Notes: generated from the sequence alone by a model not told the origin. A stretch of 56,546 nt of DNA from Bacteriovoracaceae bacterium (GCA_041586955.1 JBFGZE010000011.1:1-56546); one strand, 5' to 3'; numbered from the stretch's first letter, positions 36,684-47,714 are shown. Numbers and translations are program-made.

Positions 36684-38681
36684 TTACAGTATGCTTTTAA
36701 CCGCTAAGGCAATACCCTTAGGGCCAATATTATACTTATCATAAAGGTGAGCGGCCTTATAGGCCGATTGGCCAAAGACACCAGGGATACCCAGAGAGCG
36801 GGATTTAAAATCAATCTTATTTTGGGCCAAATGATGAATAAGGTATGAGCCCATACCGCCAAAAACTTGATGATCTTCTACAGTTATTAGGCGGCCATTT
36901 GTTTGGGAAAGGCAGTTTTTAAGAGTTTCTATGTCAGGATTGTTAACAAAGGGGTTATTGACGATTGTGACTTCAATACCCTCTGATGCTAATAACTCAC
37001 TAGCAGCAATTGCTTCTTGTACCATTGGGCCGGTGGCCACAAGAGTGGCATCCTTACCTTCTCTAAGGACTTGAGAACGGCCCCAATCATAACTTTGTTT
37101 TTCTTTAAAATAAGCCGGATAGTTTTCACGTCCCAAAAAGAAAACAGTTGAGCGAGGTGTTTTATTTTGCTCGCGGGCCTCCACAAAATGGGTGATGGCC
37201 ATATCCATATAGGCTTCAGCTTCTTGGCTGCAAGAGCAACAAATAACATCGACACCAGGAATACTCGCAACTGCAGAAATATAAGTTGTCGCCTGATGAC
37301 TGGCACCATCAGCGGCATCTTGAAAACCAGTATGGGAAAAGAGGGCGATGATCGGCCCTTGACTCAATTGCGCCATAATCAAAGGAAGATTACCCTTTGT
37401 TATACCAAATTGCGCAAAGGTATCAACGATTGGAATAAGACCTGCTCGTGATAGACCGACAGCTGCACTTATCATATTTGATTCAGCGATACCCATATCT
37501 AAATGAAGGTGAGGGAATTCTTTTTGAAAAGCGGCAATTCCAGTCGAGCCTGCTAAATCAGCGGATAGAGAAAAAACGGGAAGTCCTTTTTTTGCGGCCT
37601 TGATGGCCGCGCGAGCAAAGCCCGGTTGAACCTTTTCTTTAACGATGGTCGCGGCGGGTGTTTCCTTACTCGCAGGTTTTGATTTTAAAATGTCTTGCGC
37701 CCATGTTTGAAACTCAGAAGGAGCGTCTCCATTATAAATTTCAGCAATAAAATCTGTTAATTTTGGGTCATAAGGCTTGAGTGGGTAACCATGGCCACCA
37801 GAGGCAGAGTCCATTGTGGATTGAACGCCATAGCCTTTAATGGTTTTAAGGATAATGGCCTGAGGTTTATTAGGGTTCTTTTGAGCATTGGCGATCACAC
37901 TTTCAAAGGTCAGATGAACGTTTTCTAGATGATGGCCATCTTCAATAGTCGTTACTTCCCAACCAAGTGAAGAAAGGCCATTGAAAGAAGGTGCCATAGA
38001 AAACGAGTCTGCCTCGATACGGCCAGAAAGTTTGGTGTCATTATCAGAAATAATGAGAACAAATGGATTGAGGTGTCCCTTAGAGGCCTGGCCTGGGATA
38101 CTTGCGAGAGCTTCTTTGGCCTCTCCTTCCATAGCGCCCCCATCACTGAGGATGCAAATTGTCGCACGTTCTTTTCCTAAAAGCTTATCAGCGATGGCGA
38201 GACCTTGGGCCTGTGGTAGAGCTGAACCTAGGGGGCCGTTGGAAATAAGAACACCTTCGGGATTAAGGTGAGCTTCGCCATGTCCGGTGAGCTTACTCTC
38301 AAGGGAGCGAAAACCTTTAAGTTGATTAAAATCGAGATTATCAAAGTTATAATTGGCCCGTAAGGCATAGATACCATTTTCGGTATGGCCAGCATCGTTC
38401 ACAAAGTTAAAGGACTGATGCCAGGGACTTTTTTTAAACATCAGGGCATGCAGGGAAGACATGGCCTCCGCCAAGGCCGCTGGGCCACCCCAATGTGCCG
38501 CAGCTCCCCCAATAACAGCGTGCTGGTTCATTAAGGTGACAAGGGCACGAGTGGCCCGAGGGTCGCCGAGAAGGTCTTTTTCACCTTGAGAGTTTGTCAC
38601 CTCAACTTTATATTTTGGCGGGTTAGTAGGATTATCAGCTAATAAATGATTAAATTTAAGTGGTTTGAGAGACTGTTCCAT
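36684..38681 (-). CDS. tkt: Transketolase family protein (single chain)
   Basis: DAGH, GHGE, GPLGS, SDGGAMEG..N TPP motif, ADLAGSTG, GIAESNM, DGASHQ, TVEDH. Confidence 0.88.
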   Translation of the reverse strand: MEQSLKPLKFNHLLADNPTNPPKYKVEVTNSQGEKDLLGDPRATRALVTLMNQHAVIGGAAAHWGGPAALAEAMSSLHALMFKKSPWHQSFNFVNDAGHTENGIYALRANYNFDNLDFNQLKGFRSLESKLTGHGEAHLNPEGVLISNGPLGSALPQAQGLAIADKLLGKERATICILSDGGAMEGEAKEALASIPGQASKGHLNPFVLIISDNDTKLSGRIEADSFSMAPSFNGLSSLGWEVTTIEDGHHLENVHLTFESVIANAQKNPNKPQAIILKTIKGYGVQSTMDSASGGHGYPLKPYDPKLTDFIAEIYNGDAPSEFQTWAQDILKSKPASKETPAATIVKEKVQPGFARAAIKAAKKGLPVFSLSADLAGSTGIAAFQKEFPHLHLDMGIAESNMISAAVGLSRAGLIPIVDTFAQFGITKGNLPLIMAQLSQGPIIALFSHTGFQDAADGASHQATTYISAVASIPGVDVICCSCSQEAEAYMDMAITHFVEAREQNKTPRSTVFFLGRENYPAYFKEKQSYDWGRSQVLREGKDATLVATGPMVQEAIAASELLASEGIEVTIVNNPFVNNPDIETLKNCLSQTNGRLITVEDHQVFGGMGSYLIHHLAQNKIDFKSRSLGIPGVFGQSAYKAAHLYDKYNIGPKGIALAVKSIL

Positions 38682-38938
38682 CAGTTGGCTCCTATAGGGC
38701 TTATTTAATTGCCGTACCAATGTACTTTAAAAACCAAATTCTGGAAAGTTATGTCCAAGTGGCAACAATAATTGCTGGCCAAGTCTCCTGAAAAAAGAAA
38801 AATACTAATCCAACTCATTGATAATATTAGACTGTTTTTTAAATGAAAAATAGGTGGCGCTTTGCGTTGCTTTTCCTCCTATAATGGAGCAAGACATAAA
38901 TCTTGAGAGTGCAATTATTTAGGAGAGGAGGTTTTTGA

Positions 38939-39172
38939 ATGTGTGATGTCTGCTCAATGAAGGGAATTGATACCAAATTTGTCAATGGTAAGGACGTCGG
39001 GCCGACTGTTGCCAAATTTTATCGAGTCTTTGTTGGTCACGTCGCAGTAGCTCAATTATGCCGGTTACACGATATTCAATTATTTGAACTTGGTGAGTCC
39101 CGGTTTCTTCAATATAATATTGAACTGGCCAGGAAATTTCAAAACGCTCATCGGCCATCGGTATTTGACTGA
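38939..39172 (+). CDS. Small putative zinc-binding protein
   Basis: CDVC...CRLH; strong GGAGG RBS. Confidence 0.75.
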   Translation: MCDVCSMKGIDTKFVNGKDVGPTVAKFYRVFVGHVAVAQLCRLHDIQLFELGESRFLQYNIELARKFQNAHRPSVFD

Positions 39173-39239
39173 CATTCTAATTCTTTAAATTTTTCCTTTC
39201 TTTAAGACAATTGATCAGGAAGGGTGTATTATCCATGCC

Positions 39240-40676
39240 ATGGAAGCTTGGAAATCAATTCTTGAAACACGTTCTTTTGTCGGCGGAGACTTTGTCTCTG
39301 GATTAGTCACTCACCCAGTCTTGGATAAATACAAAGGTCAGGTCCTGGCCGATGTTGGCCTATTGGACGCGGAGGGTGTGCGTCAAATTCCACCTTTGGC
39401 GATCAAGGCGATGAATGACTATAAGCAATGGAATAGTCAAAAACGCTACGATCTTATTGGCAGTATAATTAAAGCTTTAAGCGATAAGAGTGAGGCCTTT
39501 GCTCAATTGATTTGTCTGGAAGCAGGAAAACCCATTGATTATGCGCGCGCCGAAGTTAGTCGTTCTTTGCAAACTTTGATTTGGGCACAAGAAGAGTCGC
39601 GCAGGATCGCCGGTGAGGTGATACCCGTAGAAATGGGGGCCGGTATTGGTAAGCAGGCCATGACAGCGCGCTTTCCCAAAGGTCCCGTTTTTGGCATCTC
39701 ACCATTTAATTTTCCTCTCAACTTGGCCCTTCATAAATTGGGGCCGGCCTTGGCCTGTGGTTGCCCGATTATTTTAAAGCCTTCTCCTTATGCCCCTTTG
39801 ACACTTTTGGCACTCGGTCGATTATTAGGGACACTTGATATGCCTAAAGGTCTCGTCAATATAATCGTTTGCGCTGATCAAGAGGCACAATTATTAGTTC
39901 AAAGTGAAGACATTAAGGTTCTCTCCTTTACGGGCAGTCCACAAGTGGGTTGGGAATTAAAAAAAATCGCCGGGGACAAAACGGTTCAATTGGAGTTGGG
40001 GGGCAATGCTCCTCTTATTATTGATGAAGGAAGCTCTTGGCGTTCTCATCTTCAAGCGATAGCAAAAGGCGCTTATTTGTACGCTGGCCAAATCTGTATT
40101 TCTACCCAGCGCTTCCTGGTGCATAAAAATGAATATGAGGCCTTTAAAAAGGAAATTCTAGCGGCCATTAAAACTTTAGGTATTGGAGATCCTGGCCTGC
40201 CGCAAACTGATATTGGGCCACTTATCGACCCCATCCATCTACAACGAGTGGATCAATGGGTACAAGAGGCCCAGCAAAGGGGTGCAAAAATTCTCGTTGG
40301 TGGCTCTATTGCCGATCAAAAGCATAATCTCTACCAACCAACTTTACTAGAAAATCCCTCCCATGACTCTCTGGTATGGTGCGAAGAGGTCTTTGGGCCT
40401 GTGGCGACCCTAGAATCCTTTTCGCATTATGAAGAGGCGCTCGAATTGGCCAATAAAGGCCCTTACGGGCTCCAAGTCGGAGTTATGACTCAGGATGTTG
40501 ACCATATGAAAAAGGCCTTTAATAGTCTTGAGTTTGGGGCGGTGATAATTAATGGAATTCCAGGATTTCGCCTTGATCATATGCCCTATGGCGGTGTAAA
40601 AAAATCTGGTCTGGGTCGAGAAGGTCTCAAATACTCAATAGAAGAATTTACTGAACCCCGGTTAATGATATTTTAA
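39240..40676 (+). CDS. Aldehyde dehydrogenase family protein
   Basis: PFNFP, FTGS, LELGGN, GQICIS, EEVFGP, PYGGVK.SG.GREG. Confidence 0.95.
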   Translation: MEAWKSILETRSFVGGDFVSGLVTHPVLDKYKGQVLADVGLLDAEGVRQIPPLAIKAMNDYKQWNSQKRYDLIGSIIKALSDKSEAFAQLICLEAGKPIDYARAEVSRSLQTLIWAQEESRRIAGEVIPVEMGAGIGKQAMTARFPKGPVFGISPFNFPLNLALHKLGPALACGCPIILKPSPYAPLTLLALGRLLGTLDMPKGLVNIIVCADQEAQLLVQSEDIKVLSFTGSPQVGWELKKIAGDKTVQLELGGNAPLIIDEGSSWRSHLQAIAKGAYLYAGQICISTQRFLVHKNEYEAFKKEILAAIKTLGIGDPGLPQTDIGPLIDPIHLQRVDQWVQEAQQRGAKILVGGSIADQKHNLYQPTLLENPSHDSLVWCEEVFGPVATLESFSHYEEALELANKGPYGLQVGVMTQDVDHMKKAFNSLEFGAVIINGIPGFRLDHMPYGGVKKSGLGREGLKYSIEEFTEPRLMIF

Positions 40677-40693
40677 ATTTGTGAGGAATCAAT

Positions 40694-42133
40694 ATGTCTG
40701 TACGTGTACGTTTTGCCCCAAGTCCAACTGGTTTACTGCATATCGGAGGCGCCAGAACTGCGATGTATTGCTATCTCATCGCCAAGGCCCAAGGGGGCCA
40801 ATTTGTTTTGCGAATTGAAGATACAGATTTAGAGCGTAGTAAAAAAGAATATGAAGAAAAAATGATTGATGACTTGAAGTGGTTAGGTATCGTTTATGAT
40901 GAAGGTCCAGAGAAAGGGGGCAAATTTGGTCCTTACCGACAATCAGAGCGTCTCGATCTTTATAAAGATTTGGCCTGGAAATTAGTCAAAGAAGGTAAGG
41001 CCTACCCCTGCTTTTTAACTAAAGAAGAATTAGATGCTTTGACGGAAAAGGCCATCGCTGAAAAAAATGCCCCTCATACATATCACGGTCAATATCGGGA
41101 TTTGGCGCCAGAGGAAGCGCAAAAGAGAATTGATGCAGGCGATGAATTTGTAATTCGTTTTAAAAATCATCAAAAAACTTATACCTTCAATGATTTAGTT
41201 CGTGGCGAAGTGACATTTGGGCCGGATATGGTGGGTGATTTTGTAATTCTTCGCTCAACTGGTATGCCGGTTTATAATTTTTGCTGCGTAATAGATGATT
41301 GGAAGATGGAAATGACTCATGTTATTCGAGCGGAGGAGCATTTACCAAATACCTTGCGCCAATTGATGATTTACGAGGCCCTTGGAGCTGAACCCCCCAT
41401 TTTTTGTCACGTTTCACTTTTAATTGGTCACGATCGTCAAAAATTATCGAAACGTCATGGTGCGACCTCAGTCACCCAATATAGGGATCAGCATTATTTG
41501 CCTCAGGCCCTTAATAATTACCTTTGTCTGCTCGGTTGGTCTCATCCTGAAGAAAGGGATATTTTTCAATTAGAAGATATTATCCCCGTTTTTGACCTTA
41601 ATCGCTTCAATAAATCAGCGGCCCTCTACGATATTCAAAAGCTAAATTTCTTTAACCAACAACACCTTAAGTTAAAGTCTGGGCCTGAGTTAGTGACTCA
41701 TATTTTAGAAGTGCTACCAAAGGATCATCCTTTTCGTGCTTTTGATAGTGCCAAACAAGAAAAAGTGGCGTTGTTTTTTGTCGAAAAAGTTCAATTAGTG
41801 ACTGAATTTGAGCAGCAATTAGATGTTCTTTTTAAAGCTCAATTAGAGTCTAATGAAGAAGTGGCAGAAGTTGAGTCCTGGGAAACAACTGGGTTGATTC
41901 GCGACTATATCAAATCACAGGTTGAGGTGCTAATGGCGGATGGTGTTCAAAACGCTAGTTCAGACACTTTCAATGAATGGCTTGGTTATATTAAAAAAGA
42001 GATGAAGATTAAAGGAAAACCACTTTTTAAGGGACTAAGAGTGGTTTTAACCACTCAGGCCGAAGGGCCAGATCTTAAAGAAATCATTCCCTTAACTCCG
42101 ATGGCCATTTTAAAGGATCGCCTGGGCATATGA
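40694..42133 (+). CDS. gltX: Glutamate--tRNA ligase
   Basis: RFAPSPTG.LHIGG, LRIEDTD, KLSKR and an anticodon-binding domain. Confidence 0.97.
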   Translation: MSVRVRFAPSPTGLLHIGGARTAMYCYLIAKAQGGQFVLRIEDTDLERSKKEYEEKMIDDLKWLGIVYDEGPEKGGKFGPYRQSERLDLYKDLAWKLVKEGKAYPCFLTKEELDALTEKAIAEKNAPHTYHGQYRDLAPEEAQKRIDAGDEFVIRFKNHQKTYTFNDLVRGEVTFGPDMVGDFVILRSTGMPVYNFCCVIDDWKMEMTHVIRAEEHLPNTLRQLMIYEALGAEPPIFCHVSLLIGHDRQKLSKRHGATSVTQYRDQHYLPQALNNYLCLLGWSHPEERDIFQLEDIIPVFDLNRFNKSAALYDIQKLNFFNQQHLKLKSGPELVTHILEVLPKDHPFRAFDSAKQEKVALFFVEKVQLVTEFEQQLDVLFKAQLESNEEVAEVESWETTGLIRDYIKSQVEVLMADGVQNASSDTFNEWLGYIKKEMKIKGKPLFKGLRVVLTTQAEGPDLKEIIPLTPMAILKDRLGI

Positions 42134-43803
42134 ATCAATATTGGTTAATTTTTATTCTTGGCCATATTTCTTTCAATTTGGTAGCAGCACCGGATTGGAG
42201 TCGGGGTGTTAAAATTCCTTTAGGGCAAACGCGAGAAAATATTTATCAATTAGATCCTTTTGAATTAGAAGAGAGCAAAACAAAAGGTTTTGCTCATGCC
42301 GCCTATTGGCCAATTCCAATAACAGGCCTCTATATTCCCTATCGGCCGTTCGAGGACTTTTTAGAAGGCGATGAAACCAACCCCCTAAAGAAATTTGTTA
42401 ATAATCTAATCAAACGAAAGATGGGCTACTCAAGCCTCGAACAATTTTTTAATTGGCTTGGCCTTAATGACTTTCCTGAAATTGACGGCCCTGGTGACTT
42501 TGTTGAAAATCCTTATACTGGTCCCGATCAGGTTCCGATGGGAGCAACCTTACGTGATTTTAATAAAAGCTTAGGGATGACTTTTTCATGTGCAACCTGC
42601 CACACCGGTCGTTTCTTAGGGCATACTGTCGTGGGACTCACTAATAAAAGGCCGCGAGCAAATGATTTTTTTGAATTGGCGAAGAAAAATGTCCCCTTGA
42701 TACCAAGCTTTTTATTTTCTTTGGCAACGGGGGCGACGAAAGAAGAAGTGGCGATGTTTAAACGCTCGAAGCGAAATATAAACGCCATTGGTGGTGTTAG
42801 GCCTCAGGTTTTGGGCCTTGATACATCTTTGCCTCATGTTGCTTTAAGTCTCAAAAGACGAGCAAAAGATCCTTACGCCAGTAAATCTCGTTATTATGAA
42901 AAAAAACCACGAGCGAGTGCTCTTGACCATAAGGTAGCCGATTCTAAGCCAATGCCTTGGTGGAATTTAAAATATAAAACTCGCTGGTTATCTGATGGTT
43001 CTATTGTTGCGGGCAATCCTATTCTCACCAACTTTTTATGGAATGAAATTGGCCGCGGGACAGATTTAAAAGAACTTGAACAATGGATGAAAAATAATGA
43101 TGAGCAAATTAAGGAATTAACAATCGCGGCCTTTGCCAATAAAGCTCCTCATTGGACTGATTTTTTTCCGGCTTCAAGTATCGATCTCCCAAGTGCCAAG
43201 AGAGGAGAAAAGGTTTATAATCGCTCTTGTCGTAAATGCCATGGGGATCATCAAAAAGGTTGGTCTGCCGCCAATAAAGATGACCTCTCTCTTGTTGATC
43301 AATTAAAAACAATTCGCGTGATCTACCATAAAATGACACCGGTTAAGGATGTTGGAACGGACCCGAATCGCTATGAGGCGGTTAAATATTTTTTTGAAGA
43401 CCTCAATAATTTACAAATCTCAAAATGGATGAAAACAATTATTGTGCCACAAAAGGGTTATGTCCCACCTCCATTAGAAGGCATCTTTTTACGATATCCC
43501 TATTTTCATAATAATAGTATTCCCAACCTATGTGCATTAATGCAGAAGGAGAGTGAAAGGCCGACACAATTTTATCAAGGGCCTTCGGAAAAAAGGGAAG
43601 ACTTTGATGATGATTGCGTGGGTTATCCGATTGGCGATAAAACACCAAGCTCTTGGCGGCAAGAGAAGCATGCTTTATTTGATACTAGAAAAGATGGGCT
43701 CTCTAGCAAAGGGCATTGGGAACCTTTTTACGATGCAGATGGAAATCCAAAAATGACTAAAGAGCAAAAATATGATTTGAGGATGTATCTTAAAACATTG
43801 TAA
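42130..43803 (+). CDS. Secreted diheme cytochrome c (RoxA/MauG-superfamily-like)
   Basis: CATCH, CRKCH, VGTDPNR, GY.PPPL.G...PYFHNNSIPNL, GH, YLKTL end. Confidence 0.82.
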   Translation: MNQYWLIFILGHISFNLVAAPDWSRGVKIPLGQTRENIYQLDPFELEESKTKGFAHAAYWPIPITGLYIPYRPFEDFLEGDETNPLKKFVNNLIKRKMGYSSLEQFFNWLGLNDFPEIDGPGDFVENPYTGPDQVPMGATLRDFNKSLGMTFSCATCHTGRFLGHTVVGLTNKRPRANDFFELAKKNVPLIPSFLFSLATGATKEEVAMFKRSKRNINAIGGVRPQVLGLDTSLPHVALSLKRRAKDPYASKSRYYEKKPRASALDHKVADSKPMPWWNLKYKTRWLSDGSIVAGNPILTNFLWNEIGRGTDLKELEQWMKNNDEQIKELTIAAFANKAPHWTDFFPASSIDLPSAKRGEKVYNRSCRKCHGDHQKGWSAANKDDLSLVDQLKTIRVIYHKMTPVKDVGTDPNRYEAVKYFFEDLNNLQISKWMKTIIVPQKGYVPPPLEGIFLRYPYFHNNSIPNLCALMQKESERPTQFYQGPSEKREDFDDDCVGYPIGDKTPSSWRQEKHALFDTRKDGLSSKGHWEPFYDADGNPKMTKEQKYDLRMYLKTL

Positions 43804-44493
43804 TTACCAACCGCGGTAACGTTCTTTAACTTGCTTTTTCTTGGGGATCAGTATCTTTTTCCCCTCATCCTTTTTATAATGAGAAAAGTTCCAGGCCATT
43901 TTTTTCTCTGATTGAAATGGCCATTGAACGAATGACGGCCTTACCTTGAGGGAGAACCCGGCCGTTAAATCGACAGCGGGACTAGTACAGGCGACTCCGT
44001 CATTTATCCACTTTTCTAATTTTCCTTCTTGTCTCTGTATTTCCGATTGGATGGGGACGGGCATTTTTTCCCAGTTGAGGGATGAGGTAACCTTATTGGA
44101 ATCAATTAATGTCAATTGCCAATCTTTCAAATTCTTGGCCTGGTCAAAACGCACGACTTCGTAATGAAATTGCATACAGGTTTTGTCGAGAATCCACCTT
44201 TTTTCTAATTGGGCAGTGAGTGCCAATTGTTGTTCTTTTGTTAAATGCTTGTTGTTAGTTAGGTCGCGCACTTTGGAATGGATATAACTTTGAGTCAGGG
44301 GAAAGGCCGATATCTGATAATTTCCACCCGCCATGGAATGCGATTTTGTGAGGATGCTCTGAATTTGGTCTGTAGAAAATCGAGTCGTTTTCTTAGTTAA
44401 GAGGGGATAGATATGGTGTTCAGATTCCTTTTTAGGTATAAAAATGGCACAACTTGATAGACTTAGCACGATGAAAGTAAGTACGAGCTTCAT
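43804..44493 (-). CDS. Hypothetical lipoprotein
   Basis: Lipobox SSC; GAGGAG RBS. Confidence 0.72.
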   Translation of the reverse strand: MKLVLTFIVLSLSSCAIFIPKKESEHHIYPLLTKKTTRFSTDQIQSILTKSHSMAGGNYQISAFPLTQSYIHSKVRDLTNNKHLTKEQQLALTAQLEKRWILDKTCMQFHYEVVRFDQAKNLKDWQLTLIDSNKVTSSLNWEKMPVPIQSEIQRQEGKLEKWINDGVACTSPAVDLTAGFSLKVRPSFVQWPFQSEKKMAWNFSHYKKDEGKKILIPKKKQVKERYRGW

Positions 44494-44590
44494 TGATATT
44501 TCTCCTCAATTTCAGTTATCATACAGATAGCGGACTCATTTTGGCAAAGAATTATAAAGTGACTAGTGTTATTTTAAATGAGAGGAAGAT

Positions 44591-45322
44591 ATGGAAAAAT
44601 GGTGGAATCATTTACCAATTGCCCACCGTGGCCTACATAATGGACAGGATCTTCCAGAAAACTCGCTGGCGGCCTTTTCTAAGGCCATTGAAATGGGGTA
44701 TCCCATTGAATTAGATGTACACCTTTTAAAAGATGGTCAATGGGTGGTTTTTCACGATATCAATACTGAGCGTCTAACTGGGGAGTCCAAGAATATTGGA
44801 GAATGTCATTTCCAGGATATTTGTCATCTCACATTATTTAAAACAAAAGAAAAAATCCCTCTTTTGATGGACGTTCTAAATCTTGTCTCTGGCCGCGTTC
44901 CCATTTATCTTGAAGTGAAAGCGCCCAATCAGGCCCGTATTAACGCCGATCGTATTTGGGAAGAGATTAAGGAATATTATTATAACTATCCTAAAAAGTT
45001 GGCGATTCTTTCTTTCAATCATCTCGTTCTTAAGGAGTTGCGACTATTAAATGAAGAGTTACCTCTTGGCATGCTGACGGGCGTATTTAAGGGAGAAGGC
45101 ATGCCCTGGTATAAGCGTTTTGTAATTCAATATTTGTCATTAATTCCCGTGATTAAACCGCAGTTTATTGCGGAGGATATCAATTCTATACACCGACCTT
45201 TAATTCAATTGTTTCGTAAGAAGGGCTATCCTGTGATTGGCTGGACAGTAAGAAATAATGAAGAACGCCATCGAGCGGCTTCCTATTGTGATAATTTTAT
45301 ATTTGAAAATATTTGTATTTAA
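44591..45322 (+). CDS. Glycerophosphodiester phosphodiesterase
   Basis: IAHRG, PENSLAAF, IELDVH, VVFHD, LEVK, SFN, WTV. Confidence 0.93.
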   Translation: MEKWWNHLPIAHRGLHNGQDLPENSLAAFSKAIEMGYPIELDVHLLKDGQWVVFHDINTERLTGESKNIGECHFQDICHLTLFKTKEKIPLLMDVLNLVSGRVPIYLEVKAPNQARINADRIWEEIKEYYYNYPKKLAILSFNHLVLKELRLLNEELPLGMLTGVFKGEGMPWYKRFVIQYLSLIPVIKPQFIAEDINSIHRPLIQLFRKKGYPVIGWTVRNNEERHRAASYCDNFIFENICI

Positions 45323-46038
45323 AGCTCGAGATCATCAAACTCTGAGGCGCTTTCGTTGGGGATATGAACTTCATTAATCATGTCCATATCGCGATAACCG
45401 TATACTTTATTTTTGCCGCGAACGATGGGAGGGGGATTACCATAAACCATTTCCAAATTTTCTAAACTTAGATAACTGGAATTGAGAAGATCTTTCTTTC
45501 TCATAATATCGAAATCTTTTGACTGTGCAAATGAATTTAACAATGACCATTGATGGGTTGATAATTCAAAATCACTGGCATCTGTTTGCGTCACTTCAAG
45601 AGGGGTGAGGTTCGATAAAATTCCAAGCGTTAATACAAGGTCGGGTCGCATTAATTCTTTTTGAGTAATTTTGAGGCCATTCTTTCTTTTGTCAGCAACG
45701 ATTTTAGCTTGAACTTCTTTTACTTGAGGTAGGTTTTTAACCCACCAATCAGTATCCTTTAGGTAATAGCTATGAAGGCGAATCACATCCTTTTTAATAA
45801 GGTTTATTTTGTTCTTTTCGGTAATGTTTTTGTCATTATATTTCTTATCACGTTTTGTAAAATTTACTTTCAAGGGAGGTCCCGACTTAATTGAGGCGAT
45901 TTCCCTCGCCAGCTTTTTGGTTACTGAGTGACCTAAGCTTTTTCTGTGGCCATCGCTTGGACGTCTAATTATGTGAATCGCAATCGCCACAATAAAAATG
46001 GGAATGGCAAATGTTATTATTATAACCTTTTTCTTCAT
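45319..46038 (-). CDS. Hypothetical membrane-anchored protein
   Basis: N-terminal TM; 7 bp downstream of the Ig-vWA gene. Confidence 0.7.
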   Translation of the reverse strand: MKKKVIIITFAIPIFIVAIAIHIIRRPSDGHRKSLGHSVTKKLAREIASIKSGPPLKVNFTKRDKKYNDKNITEKNKINLIKKDVIRLHSYYLKDTDWWVKNLPQVKEVQAKIVADKRKNGLKITQKELMRPDLVLTLGILSNLTPLEVTQTDASDFELSTHQWSLLNSFAQSKDFDIMRKKDLLNSSYLSLENLEMVYGNPPPIVRGKNKVYGYRDMDMINEVHIPNESASEFDDLEL

Positions 46039-46045
46039 AGTTTTC

Positions 46046-47599
46046 CTAATATGTATATTTATAAGTCACCTTAACGGGCCCTTGGCCGAGAAGCTCTTTC
46101 GTAACATTAATTGTTCCCGATTCAAACTTCCAATTTTTATTTCCTGATTGATTTGTCCTAGGGAGTTCATTTCCATTTATATACACTTTGATACTGTCAT
46201 TAATTATGTTGATATTTGTTTTAAGACGAAAGTTACGTAAGATGTCAGAGACCGCTAGTGAGATATCATCAAGAATAGTCGAGAAGTTATTATCGATATC
46301 GTAAGTTTTTGCGGCCGTGCTGGCGGCCATTTCGGTATAGCGATTACCTTTATCCCTAGTAGGGTTAGTAATACTATAGATACGAACTTTATTACTTTCA
46401 TTTTTGATAGATTGAAAACGCTGAACCCATTGGGCAGCGCTTTTATCTATAGATTGCTCATTTTCATCGGAAACAATGATATAGATTAAAAGATAGTTAT
46501 CTCCTTTAAACCATGTTGGGTTGCTACTAAAGTTGACATCCATAGAAGATAGGGTTCTTTCAGAACCGTTGCCTTGAACTCCAACCTTAATAGCTTCTTT
46601 AAAGTCCGAGATAAATTTTGAGTAATTACTTTGAGCAGCGCTACTTGAAAGGTCATACGGATTTCCAGTTTTGTTTTCAATCGCAAAATTACCTTTACCA
46701 TATAAGTTTTTCCAATAGGCATCCGAGGCCGTGACTTGGATATTGAAGTCGAAAAGAGGTTTGTCATCTTTTAAAAAATTTTTTAAAAAATAGTCAACGT
46801 TCGCGGCCAGTTTTTCCTGTACATCGCCCATCGGACCCGAATTATCGATCACCCATACGATATCGGCACCTTTAAGTGTTGACTCATGGTCTTGGGGAAA
46901 ATGTTCCTCGCCCTCAAAAACTTGATTGGATATTTTTAATGTAACTTTAGCTGTTTCATTGCTTTCTAAATTATCTCCATCAATAACTCTATAGGTAAAA
47001 GAGTCTTCACCAGTGAATAATTTATTGGGAGTATAGGTACAGCTCCTTAGGGCAATACCATTTAAGCAATTACTCAATTGACCATGTGTAGGATTAGATA
47101 CAATTTGATAATCTAGCATTGCTGCAGGGGTATCGGAATCATAAGCTGGCAAAACGTTGAAAGTAATAATTGTATCTTTTAATAACGATTCTGTCTGATC
47201 AGGGCCAATTATAGGCCTATCATTAATATCTTTAACGTGAATAGTGATACGGCTCGTTTCTTGAGAAGACGTTACGCCATTCTTAGTCGTTACTACAAAG
47301 GAGTCCTCACCAAAGAAATATTTATTTGGGTTATAAGTGCATTTAAATTGGAGCTTTTCACGCATACAATTTGATAACTTTCCTGATTTAGGTTCTGAAG
47401 CTTGAACCAATTCCAGGTCTTTATGTTCCTTATTAGGAGCTAGGTTATAACTCACTTCCACTGGGCCTTCCTGGTTCGTATAAAAACTTCGGTCTCCGGT
47501 AAGCGGAGCACTTATAAGTGTGTTAAATTTATTCTCACCACTTTCTGATCGGCAGGAGAAGAGTAAAATAAGAATAAGTAATAATAAATTTTTTTTCAT
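46046..47599 (-). CDS. Lipoprotein with two Ig/cadherin-like repeats and a vWA domain (paralog A, altered MIDAS)
   Basis: Lipobox LFSC; two P..G.LS.C...CTY.P...F.G.DSF repeats; DIVWVIDNSGPM; IIVSDE. Confidence 0.85.
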   Translation of the reverse strand: MKKNLLLLILILLFSCRSESGENKFNTLISAPLTGDRSFYTNQEGPVEVSYNLAPNKEHKDLELVQASEPKSGKLSNCMREKLQFKCTYNPNKYFFGEDSFVVTTKNGVTSSQETSRITIHVKDINDRPIIGPDQTESLLKDTIITFNVLPAYDSDTPAAMLDYQIVSNPTHGQLSNCLNGIALRSCTYTPNKLFTGEDSFTYRVIDGDNLESNETAKVTLKISNQVFEGEEHFPQDHESTLKGADIVWVIDNSGPMGDVQEKLAANVDYFLKNFLKDDKPLFDFNIQVTASDAYWKNLYGKGNFAIENKTGNPYDLSSSAAQSNYSKFISDFKEAIKVGVQGNGSERTLSSMDVNFSSNPTWFKGDNYLLIYIIVSDENEQSIDKSAAQWVQRFQSIKNESNKVRIYSITNPTRDKGNRYTEMAASTAAKTYDIDNNFSTILDDISLAVSDILRNFRLKTNINIINDSIKVYINGNELPRTNQSGNKNWKFESGTINVTKELLGQGPVKVTYKYTY

Positions 47600-47616
47600 A
47601 CAAAATCCTACTTAAT

Positions 47617-47644
47617 TAATCGGACGAACGTGGCCATTTATTAA
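47617..47644 (-). promoter_or_regulatory. Possible sigma28-type promoter of paralog A
   Basis: TTAAT-N15-TCCGATTA. Confidence 0.45.
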
Positions 47645-47714
47645 GTAGTTTTGGTTATACTTGATCTCCTTGGTGTGCTACTCGCAATTGTTATTTAATT
47701 TTAGGGTGTTAGAG

